Below, in pieces: positions 28,201 through 37,869 of a stretch of DNA of 64,000 nucleotides. Below the pieces are notes generated by a model. That model did no database searches. It was not told the origin of the DNA and saw only the letters and a program-made list of their open reading frames with translations. Each line of letters begins with the position of its first letter. Positions within the stretch are counted from its first letter, which is position 1. A program made the translations under genes and the position numbers. Source of the DNA: Shigella phage Moonfish; the sequence record PQ613263; one strand, written 5' to 3'.

Positions 28201-28677
28201 TTAACTACGTTTCAGGCCAGCGAACAGTGAAGGTTTCGCAGCAGGTTTCTCTGCTGGTTCTTCAACCTTAACTTCTTCCTGCACAACTTCTTCTTGTGCT
28301 TCTGGTTCAGCTACTGCTTCTTCTTCTACAGCAACTTCTACTTCAGGTTCCGGCGTAGAACTCTCGTTCTGACCACCAGTAGAGGTCTGGGTTTCCTCTT
28401 CCTTTACCTCTTCAGCCTGAGCTTCTTCTTCTTCCTCTACAACTTCCGGTTCTACCGGACGATGTTTGGCTTCCTGAGGGTTCTTACGAGGACGACGTGT
28501 CTTCTTACCTACCAAGGGTGGAGTATCATCGTTATGATTTACCTCTTCGTTGATACCAACGGAGGCTGTACCATCTGCATTGATGACAATACTAATGTCA
28601 CCAGCAAGATTGATTTGATCATCTACATAAGCCTGTACAGCAGCTTCTACTTCGGACTGGTTCAAAATGATTTGCAT
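28201..28677 (-). CDS. Highly acidic Glu-rich low-complexity protein
   Basis: 158 aa; ordered N-terminal 45 aa then EEEEEAQAEEVKEEE-type tracts. Confidence 0.4.
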   Translation of the reverse strand: MQIILNQSEVEAAVQAYVDDQINLAGDISIVINADGTASVGINEEVNHNDDTPPLVGKKTRRPRKNPQEAKHRPVEPEVVEEEEEAQAEEVKEEETQTSTGGQNESSTPEPEVEVAVEEEAVAEPEAQEEVVQEEVKVEEPAEKPAAKPSLFAGLKRS

Positions 28678-28678
28678 G

Positions 28679-29233
28679 TTACGCCTTTAATAATTTAATG
28701 AGGTTCTGGAAAGATGGGAGATTTACACCAGCGTGGATTGCACCGATTGCATCAGCCAAGTGCTCATTCTTATTTAGAAGTTTGCCTTTCTTATCAGTGA
28801 GCCAGTTGGCTTCAGGATAAATGGCATGAGCAGCACGAATCATCGTGTCTTTGGATGCAGTCTTATCACCGACCAGTGCAAGTTTGTTTTCAATTGGGGA
28901 TACTTCAAAGATTGGACAACCCAATGCACGAAATGCACCGATTAATCCTACGCATACACCATAGGACTTCATACCGTTAGCGGACTGAGAGCCTACTGGT
29001 ACTTCTACGAATACTGCTTTAGCAGACCGTAACCATTCCTCACAACCAAGAAACAAATCATGAGAGGCTTGTATATCTTTGGAGTTGGTTCGAACTTGTT
29101 TGTTGTGGTCAACTTCAGTTTGAACCAGTTTAAGTTCGACCTGCTCGAAGACGCCGGACTCAATGTCCAGCATCCCACGAGCTAAACCCCAATTGCGGAG
29201 ACTAATATCTGCACCAACAATTGGGATTTTCAT
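28679..29233 (-). CDS. RuvC-like Holliday-junction resolvase
   Basis: N-terminus MKIPIVGADISLRNWG (RuvC-like first acidic motif) and C-terminal HLADAIGAIHAG. Confidence 0.45.
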   Translation of the reverse strand: MKIPIVGADISLRNWGLARGMLDIESGVFEQVELKLVQTEVDHNKQVRTNSKDIQASHDLFLGCEEWLRSAKAVFVEVPVGSQSANGMKSYGVCVGLIGAFRALGCPIFEVSPIENKLALVGDKTASKDTMIRAAHAIYPEANWLTDKKGKLLNKNEHLADAIGAIHAGVNLPSFQNLIKLLKA

Positions 29234-30030
29234 TATTTCTTACCGAACAGTGATTTACCACCTGCCGGAGCAGGACCAGTGTTAGCACCCGGTTTAGGAG
29301 GCAAGCCACCTTTACCATTACCACCAGCAGAACCCTTGGTCTTATCACGGGTTTTACCTTTGTTCTTTTCCAACCATGCTGTATGGAATACAGCCAGTTC
29401 TGGGGTCAGTTCTTTCTCAGCCTTCTCTGCTTCCTGAGCCTCGATGACTGTGACCAGCAGTTCCGGGTGAAACACTTTCTGAATCTCGTTTACTTCACGA
29501 GTTTCACCAGAGTCAACGTAACCGTTGTCACCTTTAACCTGCTTAGCTTCCAGAACCTTTTCCAGAGCAAAGGTAACAGTCTGACCTACCAGTTCAACTG
29601 GAACCATGACAGACTTGTTGGTTTCTGCTTTCAGGTCAAAGTCATAGACTTTAACAATCTTCTCTTCGAAGTCAGCATCCGGCAGTTCATTACCAGTAGC
29701 CATCAGCATCATGTCATTAATGACAGTGTAACCAGGCAGGAAGTATTCTTTACCGTTCTTCTCGTAAGTCGGCTTGTTGCCTTTAGCATTACCAGAAGTG
29801 AAGTACACCTGGGCACGGAACTCACCAGCATCATTTCCATCGGAACCTTTCAGGTTTTCGATGATTAACTGCATCCAGTCTGCACCGGAGTCAGCTTTAC
29901 CTACGTAAGCTACTTTTACAGTACCGGTATAGATATCAGTTTCTTTGGCACCGAAGCCACCACCACCAAGGGAGTCTTTTGCAGCTTCAACGTTTTTGGT
30001 TTTTTCTTTCAAGTTACCGAACAGTGACAT
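29233..30030 (-). CDS. Single-stranded DNA-binding protein (N4 gp45-like)
   Basis: 265 aa, matching the N4 SSB length as I recall it; Gly/Lys-rich flexible termini; sits in the replication module. Confidence 0.45.
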   Translation of the reverse strand: MSLFGNLKEKTKNVEAAKDSLGGGGFGAKETDIYTGTVKVAYVGKADSGADWMQLIIENLKGSDGNDAGEFRAQVYFTSGNAKGNKPTYEKNGKEYFLPGYTVINDMMLMATGNELPDADFEEKIVKVYDFDLKAETNKSVMVPVELVGQTVTFALEKVLEAKQVKGDNGYVDSGETREVNEIQKVFHPELLVTVIEAQEAEKAEKELTPELAVFHTAWLEKNKGKTRDKTKGSAGGNGKGGLPPKPGANTGPAPAGGKSLFGKK

Positions 30031-30071
30031 AGTATTTTTTCCTATTAAGTGATTAACAACCAGGCAAACGC

Positions 30072-30824
30072 TTAAGCGTAGTATTCAGCCAGATGGTCTA
30101 AGAGTTTTTGAGCGTCATTATCAATGTACGTCTCTGATTTATCGAACATACCCATTGGGGAACGTAAGCGTTTACCAACAGACTTCTTGGTTGGGCGAGT
30201 CTGGAATACGTGCTTATAGCCTAAGTCACGTTCTTCTTCGGTAATTTCAAGCATCTTGTTGCCATACTTCTCCAGTTCTTTAATGTCTACACGTTCTGCG
30301 TAAACCACTGTAGAGAAGTATGCCTCAAGGCCATTATTCTTCAGGGAGCCTTTCACTGGGATGAAGGTTTTCATCACACCAGCTGCCTCGTCGAGTTCAT
30401 CTTTGGCATGAGCAGTAATGATTACAGGCTTACCAAACTTAACAACTTTCTGTTGCAGCAGTACTTTAAAGAACTGTGCAAAGTCTCCCCAGGCTTTCTG
30501 GGTATTAGCAGATGGCAATACATATTGTGATTCCAACATGTCCATCATGAAGGTAGCAGAGTCGATAATGATACCATCAACATCGTCTGCCATTTCCCCA
30601 CCCGGAGATGCAACATCAAATGCTTCCCAAATCTGATATGGGTCTTCAATGTTGTAGGTGTTGAACTTATTACGGAAAGGTAGGCGTTTACCTGCTTCAG
30701 TATTCAGATACAACCAGCGTTCCTGGTTACGAATATTACGCAGTGATGCTGATTTACCACTCGCTGAAAATCCTGCAATCAGGATTAGCTGAGTGTTCAT
30801 ATCATTGGAAATTTCTTCGGACAT
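30072..30824 (-). CDS. P-loop NTPase (putative replication/recombination ATPase)
   Basis: Walker A LILIAGFSASGKS; 250 aa. Confidence 0.45.
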   Translation of the reverse strand: MSEEISNDMNTQLILIAGFSASGKSASLRNIRNQERWLYLNTEAGKRLPFRNKFNTYNIEDPYQIWEAFDVASPGGEMADDVDGIIIDSATFMMDMLESQYVLPSANTQKAWGDFAQFFKVLLQQKVVKFGKPVIITAHAKDELDEAAGVMKTFIPVKGSLKNNGLEAYFSTVVYAERVDIKELEKYGNKMLEITEEERDLGYKHVFQTRPTKKSVGKRLRSPMGMFDKSETYIDNDAQKLLDHLAEYYA

Positions 30825-30880
30825 TATTTTTCCTCGTTTAGTTTAGGAGTCCTTCAAACCAAAGAAAGACTCCTGTTTGC

Positions 30881-33091
30881 TTATTTGCCAGCGTAGCGTT
30901 TAGCCACAGTGACCATTACGGTTGCATTCAATTCATCATCTGGTAATGGATTAGCCAGTTTCTTATTGAATGAGTAGACGGATTGTTGTACTTGAGCAAA
31001 GTCCCAACCACTGTCTACTAATGCCAGTGCGTACTTAATCATTTGATTATTACGATTACCGGAGGCAATGCGATCAGCGAACCAACGCTCCAGATTGTCT
31101 AACGACTGAACTTCCTTCATCTGGTTCTGGAACTGCTCGTTCTTACTGGTACGAGGAATAAAGTCACGCACGTCCAACAGATTCGCATCAAGGTTGTAAT
31201 GATAGGAACCAGTTTCACAGGACATCCACTTCTTGGCTCGTTGGTTAGCAGACTCATCCGTTTCGAATGGTAGCCAAGCCATAACGTTATTCATGAACTC
31301 TTTATACTCCTCAGTATCGAGGTGTAACTCATAGTTCATTGGAATAATCAGACGGAAGCGGTTCTCTTCATCAGTATGACGCTTAGTGGTATAGGTCATG
31401 AACTTATAATCCTTCATTAGTTCATGGCACGTATGCAGTGGTACTCCACCATCACAATCAATAACAATCATGTTAAATCCTGGAATCACGTTCTCATCAG
31501 AACGATGTCCATTCTTCATGTGATGGTTCACCCAGTGCATACCGGGAGCTTGGGTTAATACATGTAGCTGGTCGAACGGTACGCGTTCACCAACATAGTC
31601 ATAAGCAAAGCTTTCACTATAAGCCACCAGCATCTCATTGGTGTCAGTCTCTTTCAGAGTTTCACCACGGAAGAACTCAATACCTTCATTGAATGTCTTC
31701 TTAATAATGATGTGCTGTTTGTAACCCCATGCTGTAGCAAGAGTCATCATCTCATTGCGAGCTGCATTACCACTCTTATAGAACGGTAAGGACTCCAGCA
31801 AGTCAGCATGGGTTACTTCTTTCCCTACTGAAGCAATATACTTAGCCAGCTTCACATAGGCTTTTTCACGATTGAGGATTGTCTGGAATGCTGCCCCGGA
31901 TTCCTCTACAAGCAGGATTGCTTGTTTGAGGTGAGCCATCTCAATGAATGAACTCTGGTCAACAAACGCCAGTGCACCTGCTAGCTTAAGAGCTTTGAAG
32001 TAACGATGGGATATTTCAGCCTTACGAATTTCTTCGTGGTCAGCCATAGCTTCTGCTTGTTTCTCACAATCAATTTTGTAAGTAATCAGAGCAATACCCA
32101 CTGCATCTTCCACAATCATCTTAAAGCCAAACAAGTTTGGGTCAGCCAGACTATGGAAGTGGTTAGCCCACTTACCAAGAGACTGAACGTTATCCTGCTT
32201 AATCAGGTTACGGTAGATTTCTTCAGGAGTCAGTGTTGCATGTGCTCGCTTGTCTAAGTGCCCGATGGCAAACAGGCAACGACGAGCATACCCTGTATCA
32301 AGGAAGTCATAGAACTGGTCTTCAGTTTGCCCACCATCCAGCAGCTTACTCGGAGTACCGAACAGCAGTAGGTTAGCAGGAGTTTTACCATCCAGTTCTT
32401 CGCCACGAACACTTTCAGCAGTGTTCTTGGTTAACTTCTGTTTTACTTTCCCCTGGTCATATAACTCAAGGAACAGGTTAAGTACTTCAACGTTGGCAAT
32501 AAGGTTGGAACCAATCTCGTCAATCTGTAGGTTAATGCCACCACAACCAGCCATAAGCAGTTTGTGACGGAGTTGTTTTACAGCAGGTGCTGTACCAGAG
32601 TCGAATGTGAATGGGAATGCCCCAGCACGTTTATACTCTGCTTCAACTTTATCGAACTCTTCCTGCTGGTCAGTACCCTGACGTGCAGAACGTTCGTTAG
32701 CAATCTTCCATAGACGGTCATTTGCAATGACGGGCATGGTGTCTTCCATAAAACGTTTACGGAAGCCAGTCATGAACCCGTCTTCAATGATATTTACTGA
32801 GTGACCTTTACCGAAACCAGATGTAGCCAACGCCATAGCGTAGATGTTTACTGGCAGGTCACCACGGTCTTTAGTTACGATGGTTGCACCCATGCAGGAT
32901 GCCATTTTAGCCAAGAAGTAGGCTACTTCGACACGGAAGAATCCCCGGTCGTTATTCTGGGTTTTATTGCAGAGCACATCTACGATTTCTTCAATCGCCG
33001 GATGATGCACTACTCCGGTAAGGTCAATACTCATGATGGAAAATATCTCTCTCTTTGTTTGCAAATGGACGCGACAGGGCAATATAAACAA
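30881..33091 (-). CDS. Putative DNA primase (N4 gp43-like)
   Basis: 736-aa ORF between the ATPase/SSB genes and the polymerase; size and position match the N4 primase. Confidence 0.4.
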   Translation of the reverse strand: MFILPCRVHLQTKREIFSIMSIDLTGVVHHPAIEEIVDVLCNKTQNNDRGFFRVEVAYFLAKMASCMGATIVTKDRGDLPVNIYAMALATSGFGKGHSVNIIEDGFMTGFRKRFMEDTMPVIANDRLWKIANERSARQGTDQQEEFDKVEAEYKRAGAFPFTFDSGTAPAVKQLRHKLLMAGCGGINLQIDEIGSNLIANVEVLNLFLELYDQGKVKQKLTKNTAESVRGEELDGKTPANLLLFGTPSKLLDGGQTEDQFYDFLDTGYARRCLFAIGHLDKRAHATLTPEEIYRNLIKQDNVQSLGKWANHFHSLADPNLFGFKMIVEDAVGIALITYKIDCEKQAEAMADHEEIRKAEISHRYFKALKLAGALAFVDQSSFIEMAHLKQAILLVEESGAAFQTILNREKAYVKLAKYIASVGKEVTHADLLESLPFYKSGNAARNEMMTLATAWGYKQHIIIKKTFNEGIEFFRGETLKETDTNEMLVAYSESFAYDYVGERVPFDQLHVLTQAPGMHWVNHHMKNGHRSDENVIPGFNMIVIDCDGGVPLHTCHELMKDYKFMTYTTKRHTDEENRFRLIIPMNYELHLDTEEYKEFMNNVMAWLPFETDESANQRAKKWMSCETGSYHYNLDANLLDVRDFIPRTSKNEQFQNQMKEVQSLDNLERWFADRIASGNRNNQMIKYALALVDSGWDFAQVQQSVYSFNKKLANPLPDDELNATVMVTVAKRYAGK

Positions 33092-34011
33092 CGTTTAACC
33101 TGCCCCTCCACGACCTTGATAGCACCCTTGCCACCTTTTTCAGCCATGAAGATACGGGCAGATGCCATATCATCAAAGTTTTTGGTACTTCTGGCTCCAG
33201 GTACATCTACCCTAGAAGCATCAGAGAAGTATTTGAACTGTGGCTCTGTTCGCCACAACTCCTCGTCAGTACATTCGGGGATTTCCTCTTCAGGTGCATC
33301 CCAGTACTTCTCGATTAAGTGAATTTTCTCTTCCACCCAACGTTCAGTCTTCTCGGCAGACAGCAACGGAATATCCTTATGCATAATACGATTAGCAGGA
33401 TAGTTAGGATTACTGTTAGCCATGTGTTTCATGAAGTCGGTGAAGATGTAGTTAATACGGATTACATCCTCGGTAATGATGTCGTTGTGAATCCAACGAT
33501 ACAAGCTGCCCTGCATCTTGTGTTCATCATCACGGGAACCAGCAACCCAAGAATAGGTTGAGGTAGACTTGAAGTCTTGCAACAGACCTTCTGTTACGAT
33601 GTCGAACTTACCACCGATAGTCCAACCCTTAACTACCTTGGTTCCACGTTGTTCAATGTAGATTGGGATAAGGTCAGGGTTAGCAGCAAAGTCTGCTTTG
33701 GTTGGGTTAATGACTACTGCATCAATGACTCGCTGAGGATAACCCAGCTTCTTCAATGCAGTCTTGTGGCCTAGCTTCCAGGCTTTCTCGATAGAATCAT
33801 GTAAGCCAGTGCCCATTGATGTGGCGACGAAATCCATAACATCAATAGACTGGTCACTAAAATCTACACGATGCTTCATGACGATTTGCTTAATAGGCTT
33901 AAGCAATGTAGTAGCAGACAGATACTTAGGATTGTCTACGTAATCATACTCGTCATGCAATAGCCATACAGCCAGAGCCAGTGAGACATCATGATTGTTG
34001 GTTATCCTCAT
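33031..34011 (-). CDS. Putative PD-(D/E)XK-type nuclease with C-terminal Cys cluster (Cas4/RecB-like)
   Basis: 326 aa; C-terminal CLYCPVASIC; 3' end overlaps the primase ORF start by about 60 nt. Confidence 0.35.
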   Translation of the reverse strand: MRITNNHDVSLALAVWLLHDEYDYVDNPKYLSATTLLKPIKQIVMKHRVDFSDQSIDVMDFVATSMGTGLHDSIEKAWKLGHKTALKKLGYPQRVIDAVVINPTKADFAANPDLIPIYIEQRGTKVVKGWTIGGKFDIVTEGLLQDFKSTSTYSWVAGSRDDEHKMQGSLYRWIHNDIITEDVIRINYIFTDFMKHMANSNPNYPANRIMHKDIPLLSAEKTERWVEEKIHLIEKYWDAPEEEIPECTDEELWRTEPQFKYFSDASRVDVPGARSTKNFDDMASARIFMAEKGGKGAIKVVEGQVKRCLYCPVASICKQRERYFPS

Positions 34012-34273
34012 TGTAAGCCTTTTTTAATATGCGGTTGGCATAGTGCACAATCTTCTCTGAGTCATACACCGAAGAGTTTCCGGGTTTACCATTACCCATA
34101 CGGGCAGCAGCATTTCGCCATAGAGCTTTAAAGGCACAACCTTCATCGAAGGTCATGCCCAGTGCTTGGATAATATCCTCACACTCTGCTTGATATGGTT
34201 TTTGCTCTATCCGTTGAGGGTTCTTAACTGACACTACATAGTAGTTATTAAGACCGCCGGAGAGCTTAGTCAT
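33989..34273 (-). CDS. Hypothetical protein
   Basis: 94-aa ORF. Confidence 0.3.
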   Translation of the reverse strand: MTKLSGGLNNYYVVSVKNPQRIEQKPYQAECEDIIQALGMTFDEGCAFKALWRNAAARMGNGKPGNSSVYDSEKIVHYANRILKKAYNEDNQQS

Positions 34274-34578
34274 TATTCCCCCTTAGGAACCATGTTTGCT
34301 TGGAACTCTGGTTCAGACATTAGACCCAGATTGTTAATAGACAGATAAACAATGTCTTTTAAATCAACTGAGGTGTCGAAACGCTGGTCCAGACTAATCT
34401 TCAAGGAATGGTTGGCACGGGCCAAATCTTTGTAGGTCACATGAGGTTCGTCAGTGAGCAGCATTGTGTTCATGGTAAGCAGGGAACCATCATCAGCTTT
34501 AGGAAGCTGGAAGATTACCTGTGCTGCTACCATCCAATGATATTTTCTGACAACGGTTTCTTTAGTACTTTTAGTCAT
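34273..34578 (-). CDS. Hypothetical protein
   Basis: 101-aa ORF, start/stop overlap with neighbours. Confidence 0.3.
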   Translation of the reverse strand: MTKSTKETVVRKYHWMVAAQVIFQLPKADDGSLLTMNTMLLTDEPHVTYKDLARANHSLKISLDQRFDTSVDLKDIVYLSINNLGLMSEPEFQANMVPKGE

Positions 34579-35498
34579 GCGAATGCCTTTTGAATTATTT
34601 GATGAACTTCTTCAGGGGTAGCGTGATTTGGAATCTCAATCTCGTTAGCCCACGTTGGGTAGAACAAGGACAGTTCCCCACCCAAACCAACTTCTGGATG
34701 AGCAATATCAGGATGGTCTTGCCAGTTAACGGCTTCAACCAAATGCTTGTTCGTGTACTGCAAGGTATCCATGTTGTCACGAATCATGAAGTACTGAGCA
34801 TCATGAATGTGAATACTAGGACGAATATCTAACCTGAACTCACTGGCTCTAACTTTACGCATAAACTCCGAGCCAGCACGGTTATTCAGTAGGCACCAGC
34901 TTTGCCCTAAGGCATTACCAGCAGTTCTACCTTCAGCTTCTGCTTCATATGGAGTCTTACATGTCCCACGTAAAACCTGAGCCAGTAAAGGAGTACGCAC
35001 TCTCAAACCAAATGCAGCAGTTACATAACCAGTCTTGGCAGCTTCGTCTAGCTTAGCCTGAACCCAAGCATCACTAACTACATAAAGGTCGTGATAACGT
35101 TTCTCTGTGAGCTTTGCTTTCTCTTCCGAGAAGCCACAGTTCTTCATTAAGCCCATATACGTACCACCATAGGTAAGCAGGAAGGTTGGAGCCTTCGAGT
35201 CACCTCGTAATGATTTGTATTTGTGCTGGATGGAGTTGATGGATTCAACCGTATCTACAATGTCTGGCATCTGCTCACCGAAGTAAGCATACGCACGAAG
35301 ACTGTGCCCATCATAACCATCGGTATATACCTTAAGTTTCTGGGGGTCTTTCGTAGTCAATGCAGAGATACGGTCTTCAAGGCTTGCAAAGTCCAGTCCA
35401 CAAAATATCCAACCTGGGGGTGCTTCGAAGCATTTCTTAATCTTCTTGGCATATTTGGAACCACTAGGGATGGTCTGTAGATTCCTGATGTTCAGCAT
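34575..35498 (-). CDS. DNA polymerase, family A, C-terminal part (downstream exon or fragment)
   Basis: Contains NLQTIP, the second half of the conserved PolA motif RLSSSDPNLQNIP, and a motif-C-like IHIHDAQ. Confidence 0.65.
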   Translation of the reverse strand: MLNIRNLQTIPSGSKYAKKIKKCFEAPPGWIFCGLDFASLEDRISALTTKDPQKLKVYTDGYDGHSLRAYAYFGEQMPDIVDTVESINSIQHKYKSLRGDSKAPTFLLTYGGTYMGLMKNCGFSEEKAKLTEKRYHDLYVVSDAWVQAKLDEAAKTGYVTAAFGLRVRTPLLAQVLRGTCKTPYEAEAEGRTAGNALGQSWCLLNNRAGSEFMRKVRASEFRLDIRPSIHIHDAQYFMIRDNMDTLQYTNKHLVEAVNWQDHPDIAHPEVGLGGELSLFYPTWANEIEIPNHATPEEVHQIIQKAFA

Positions 35499-35561
35499 GG
35501 GTCGTTAATCCATGCCCGTCTTTCGACTGCTGCATATTCCTATGCAGAGCAGACTATATCA

Positions 35562-36095
35562 TCACGCCAGATAGTAAGGCGTGCCATGCGCTTCCACCCA
35601 CTTGAGTGTACTCTCTTTCGAGATAGTCGTTGCACCTTTCAATGCTGCGTGTAACCGAGCGTGGTCAGGAACACTTAGCAATACAAGATTATCAAAGTCG
35701 TTGTTATACGGATTCTCATCACAATGATGCACACACCAGCCTTTTGGTATTTCACTGATATTAAGTGCCTCACATACTACCACATGGTGAGCAAAAACGT
35801 GTTTACTGCCTTTGCGTGCAGTATACCAATCCGGTTTAAGTACCATTAAGTAACCTTTACTGTCGGATACTAAACCTTTGTAGTTATGATGGTCTTTCCC
35901 AAATTTACCTAGCATGGGGTTATTTTCCCCCAGCTTGGAGCGTCGGTAAGACTTTGCATTTCTGTTTTGACGGTATTCTTTACTGTAGTTCTCCATAATA
36001 TATTTAGAGACTTTTTTGTAATTAATACCTAAACGCTTTGATATTTCTGCTTGAGATAGGTCAGTATTCTCGTACAGAGTCTTGATATCCATCAT
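35562..36095 (-). CDS. HNH homing endonuclease inserted in the DNA polymerase gene
   Basis: HNH core HHVVVCEALN...CVHHCDENPYNNDFDNLVLL...DHARLH; own RBS TAGGAGG; lies between the two polymerase pieces. Confidence 0.6.
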   Translation of the reverse strand: MMDIKTLYENTDLSQAEISKRLGINYKKVSKYIMENYSKEYRQNRNAKSYRRSKLGENNPMLGKFGKDHHNYKGLVSDSKGYLMVLKPDWYTARKGSKHVFAHHVVVCEALNISEIPKGWCVHHCDENPYNNDFDNLVLLSVPDHARLHAALKGATTISKESTLKWVEAHGTPYYLA

Positions 36096-36168
36096 GTGCC
36101 TCCTAAGGCAGGTATGGTTGATTTGGCTCAGGATTGCCCGGTCTGGGTTTCCCCTGAATTCACATGGT

Positions 36169-37860
36169 TTAAATAGCCCAATTTATTTTAGGCTCTGAAG
36201 CCGATAACCTGCCGGAGACCGTGCCTCCCAAATTGAGATTACCGAACAGATAGTGCCAGCCATCCGGTCCCGGTTGGGCGTTCCTGAAAGCTGGTATAAA
36301 GCTAGTAATAATCTTATCCACGAGCTTATAGTCGATAAGAGCATTGAGCAGTTCCTTAACATCTTCACTCTGCGTATGTGTACGCAGTGCTTTAATAGTG
36401 TCACCATCAGTAGCTGGTTGCTTGCTCTTAGTAAGACCAAGAACTGGTAAGCCAATAAAATCAAATAACAATTTCTGTAACTGTGGACCGGAGTTAGGAT
36501 TGAACTCGATGTCACAATCAGCCAATGTTACCTGCTTCTTCTTAAGCTTGGTATTCTTATCGTCTACCCATTCCTGACGAAGCATCAGGGTGAAATTCTT
36601 CATGAGCTTAGACTCACGAATAGTTTTCAGAGCCTGGTTCCTGTCAGTTTCCATTTCCTCAGCTACTTGGTTAACGGTTTCCATATTCATTGGCATACCG
36701 GTTAACTGCATCTGAATAATGTCTTCACAGGCAGGTTTAAAGATGTTGTTATAAACATCCAGTTGGTCATCAGCAATGAGAGTATCCCAGTGCTTCTCGT
36801 AGGTGTACCACGTACACAGTCCATCGATTAGGTTGTAGCGTAACAATTGCTCATTAGGAATAAGACAAATGTCTTTGATATCGTCTTGAGCATAGTTACC
36901 GGCATACTCCTGAGCCTGGTCTTTCAGACTAAGGTGATTACCAGCACAACTGTTAGTAGCCAGATAAGTGATTAACTTAGTGCAGTCCCAGTTACGTAGC
37001 ATGACGTTCATGCCATACAGTAGACCTTCTGTATCAATCAGGTTATCCATGAATAACTGATAGATAAGTACATACACGTCATAGCTAATGTTGTGATACA
37101 TCTGCCGTTGGGTGTACTTAATGAAGAACTCACGTAACAGGTTACGGACAATATCATTTCTGTTGATACGCCCATAAGGTGCTTCAGTAGCTCCCTTAAT
37201 TGGCTCGTAGTCCACATTAAAAGCTATGCCTTGTGTCTTACTCCAACAGAATGTAATCGTTCCTATACCGGCGTTATAGTGCTTTAAACCGAATGATTCG
37301 ATGTCTATAGCCAATGGCTTATTCATCTCCAGCAACTGGTCTAGCCAGGCTTTAATCTCTTCGGGGGTATCTGGGTAGGCCTCAAACTCAATGATTCCCT
37401 GACCTGGTTCAGCATACTGTCCACGTATGTGGTTAAGTAGTGCATCCATACCCTGAGCAATTTTAGCTCTCACTACAGGTGGGTCATAAAAGACCTGTCT
37501 GTAGTTAGGCGTATAGATAACCTTCTGCTTACCCCATACTGAGTCACAAACGTAGCCGAGGTTGGCCTCTGCTTTAGCTTCTTTAGTCAGTATTTTAAAG
37601 TAATCAGAATCGGTACAGATGACGTACTGAGTTTCTGCATCATCCAGTACTTGTTGCAGTTCCTGCTGTATGAACTCCTTAATCTCCTTTGCAGGAGTCT
37701 TCTTTTTGCCGGGGGCAGAGTGAAGTTCAAGGAAGATAAAATCTTCCATGCTTAGGTCATATGGCAGCAGGTAGGTTTTAATCATCTCCTCCCTTCGGAT
37801 TTGATGACCGAGGATAGCAATAGGATATTTACCCGTATCCTGAGAGGTGATGTAACGCAT
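36169..37860 (-). CDS. DNA polymerase, family A, N-terminal part (3'-5' exonuclease and start of the polymerase domain)
   Basis: Exo I motif LAIDIESFG; ORF ends inside SGRLSASEP, the first half of the PolA motif. Confidence 0.7.
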   Translation of the reverse strand: MRYITSQDTGKYPIAILGHQIRREEMIKTYLLPYDLSMEDFIFLELHSAPGKKKTPAKEIKEFIQQELQQVLDDAETQYVICTDSDYFKILTKEAKAEANLGYVCDSVWGKQKVIYTPNYRQVFYDPPVVRAKIAQGMDALLNHIRGQYAEPGQGIIEFEAYPDTPEEIKAWLDQLLEMNKPLAIDIESFGLKHYNAGIGTITFCWSKTQGIAFNVDYEPIKGATEAPYGRINRNDIVRNLLREFFIKYTQRQMYHNISYDVYVLIYQLFMDNLIDTEGLLYGMNVMLRNWDCTKLITYLATNSCAGNHLSLKDQAQEYAGNYAQDDIKDICLIPNEQLLRYNLIDGLCTWYTYEKHWDTLIADDQLDVYNNIFKPACEDIIQMQLTGMPMNMETVNQVAEEMETDRNQALKTIRESKLMKNFTLMLRQEWVDDKNTKLKKKQVTLADCDIEFNPNSGPQLQKLLFDFIGLPVLGLTKSKQPATDGDTIKALRTHTQSEDVKELLNALIDYKLVDKIITSFIPAFRNAQPGPDGWHYLFGNLNLGGTVSGRLSASEPKINWAI

Positions 37861-37869
37861 GGCTTTACC

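Noticed and set aside
30841-30880. Hairpin aggagtc...gactcct between the ATPase and primase genes as a terminator
   Set aside because: There is no U-tract on the transcribed (-) strand side, so it is more likely an RNA structure or chance palindrome.
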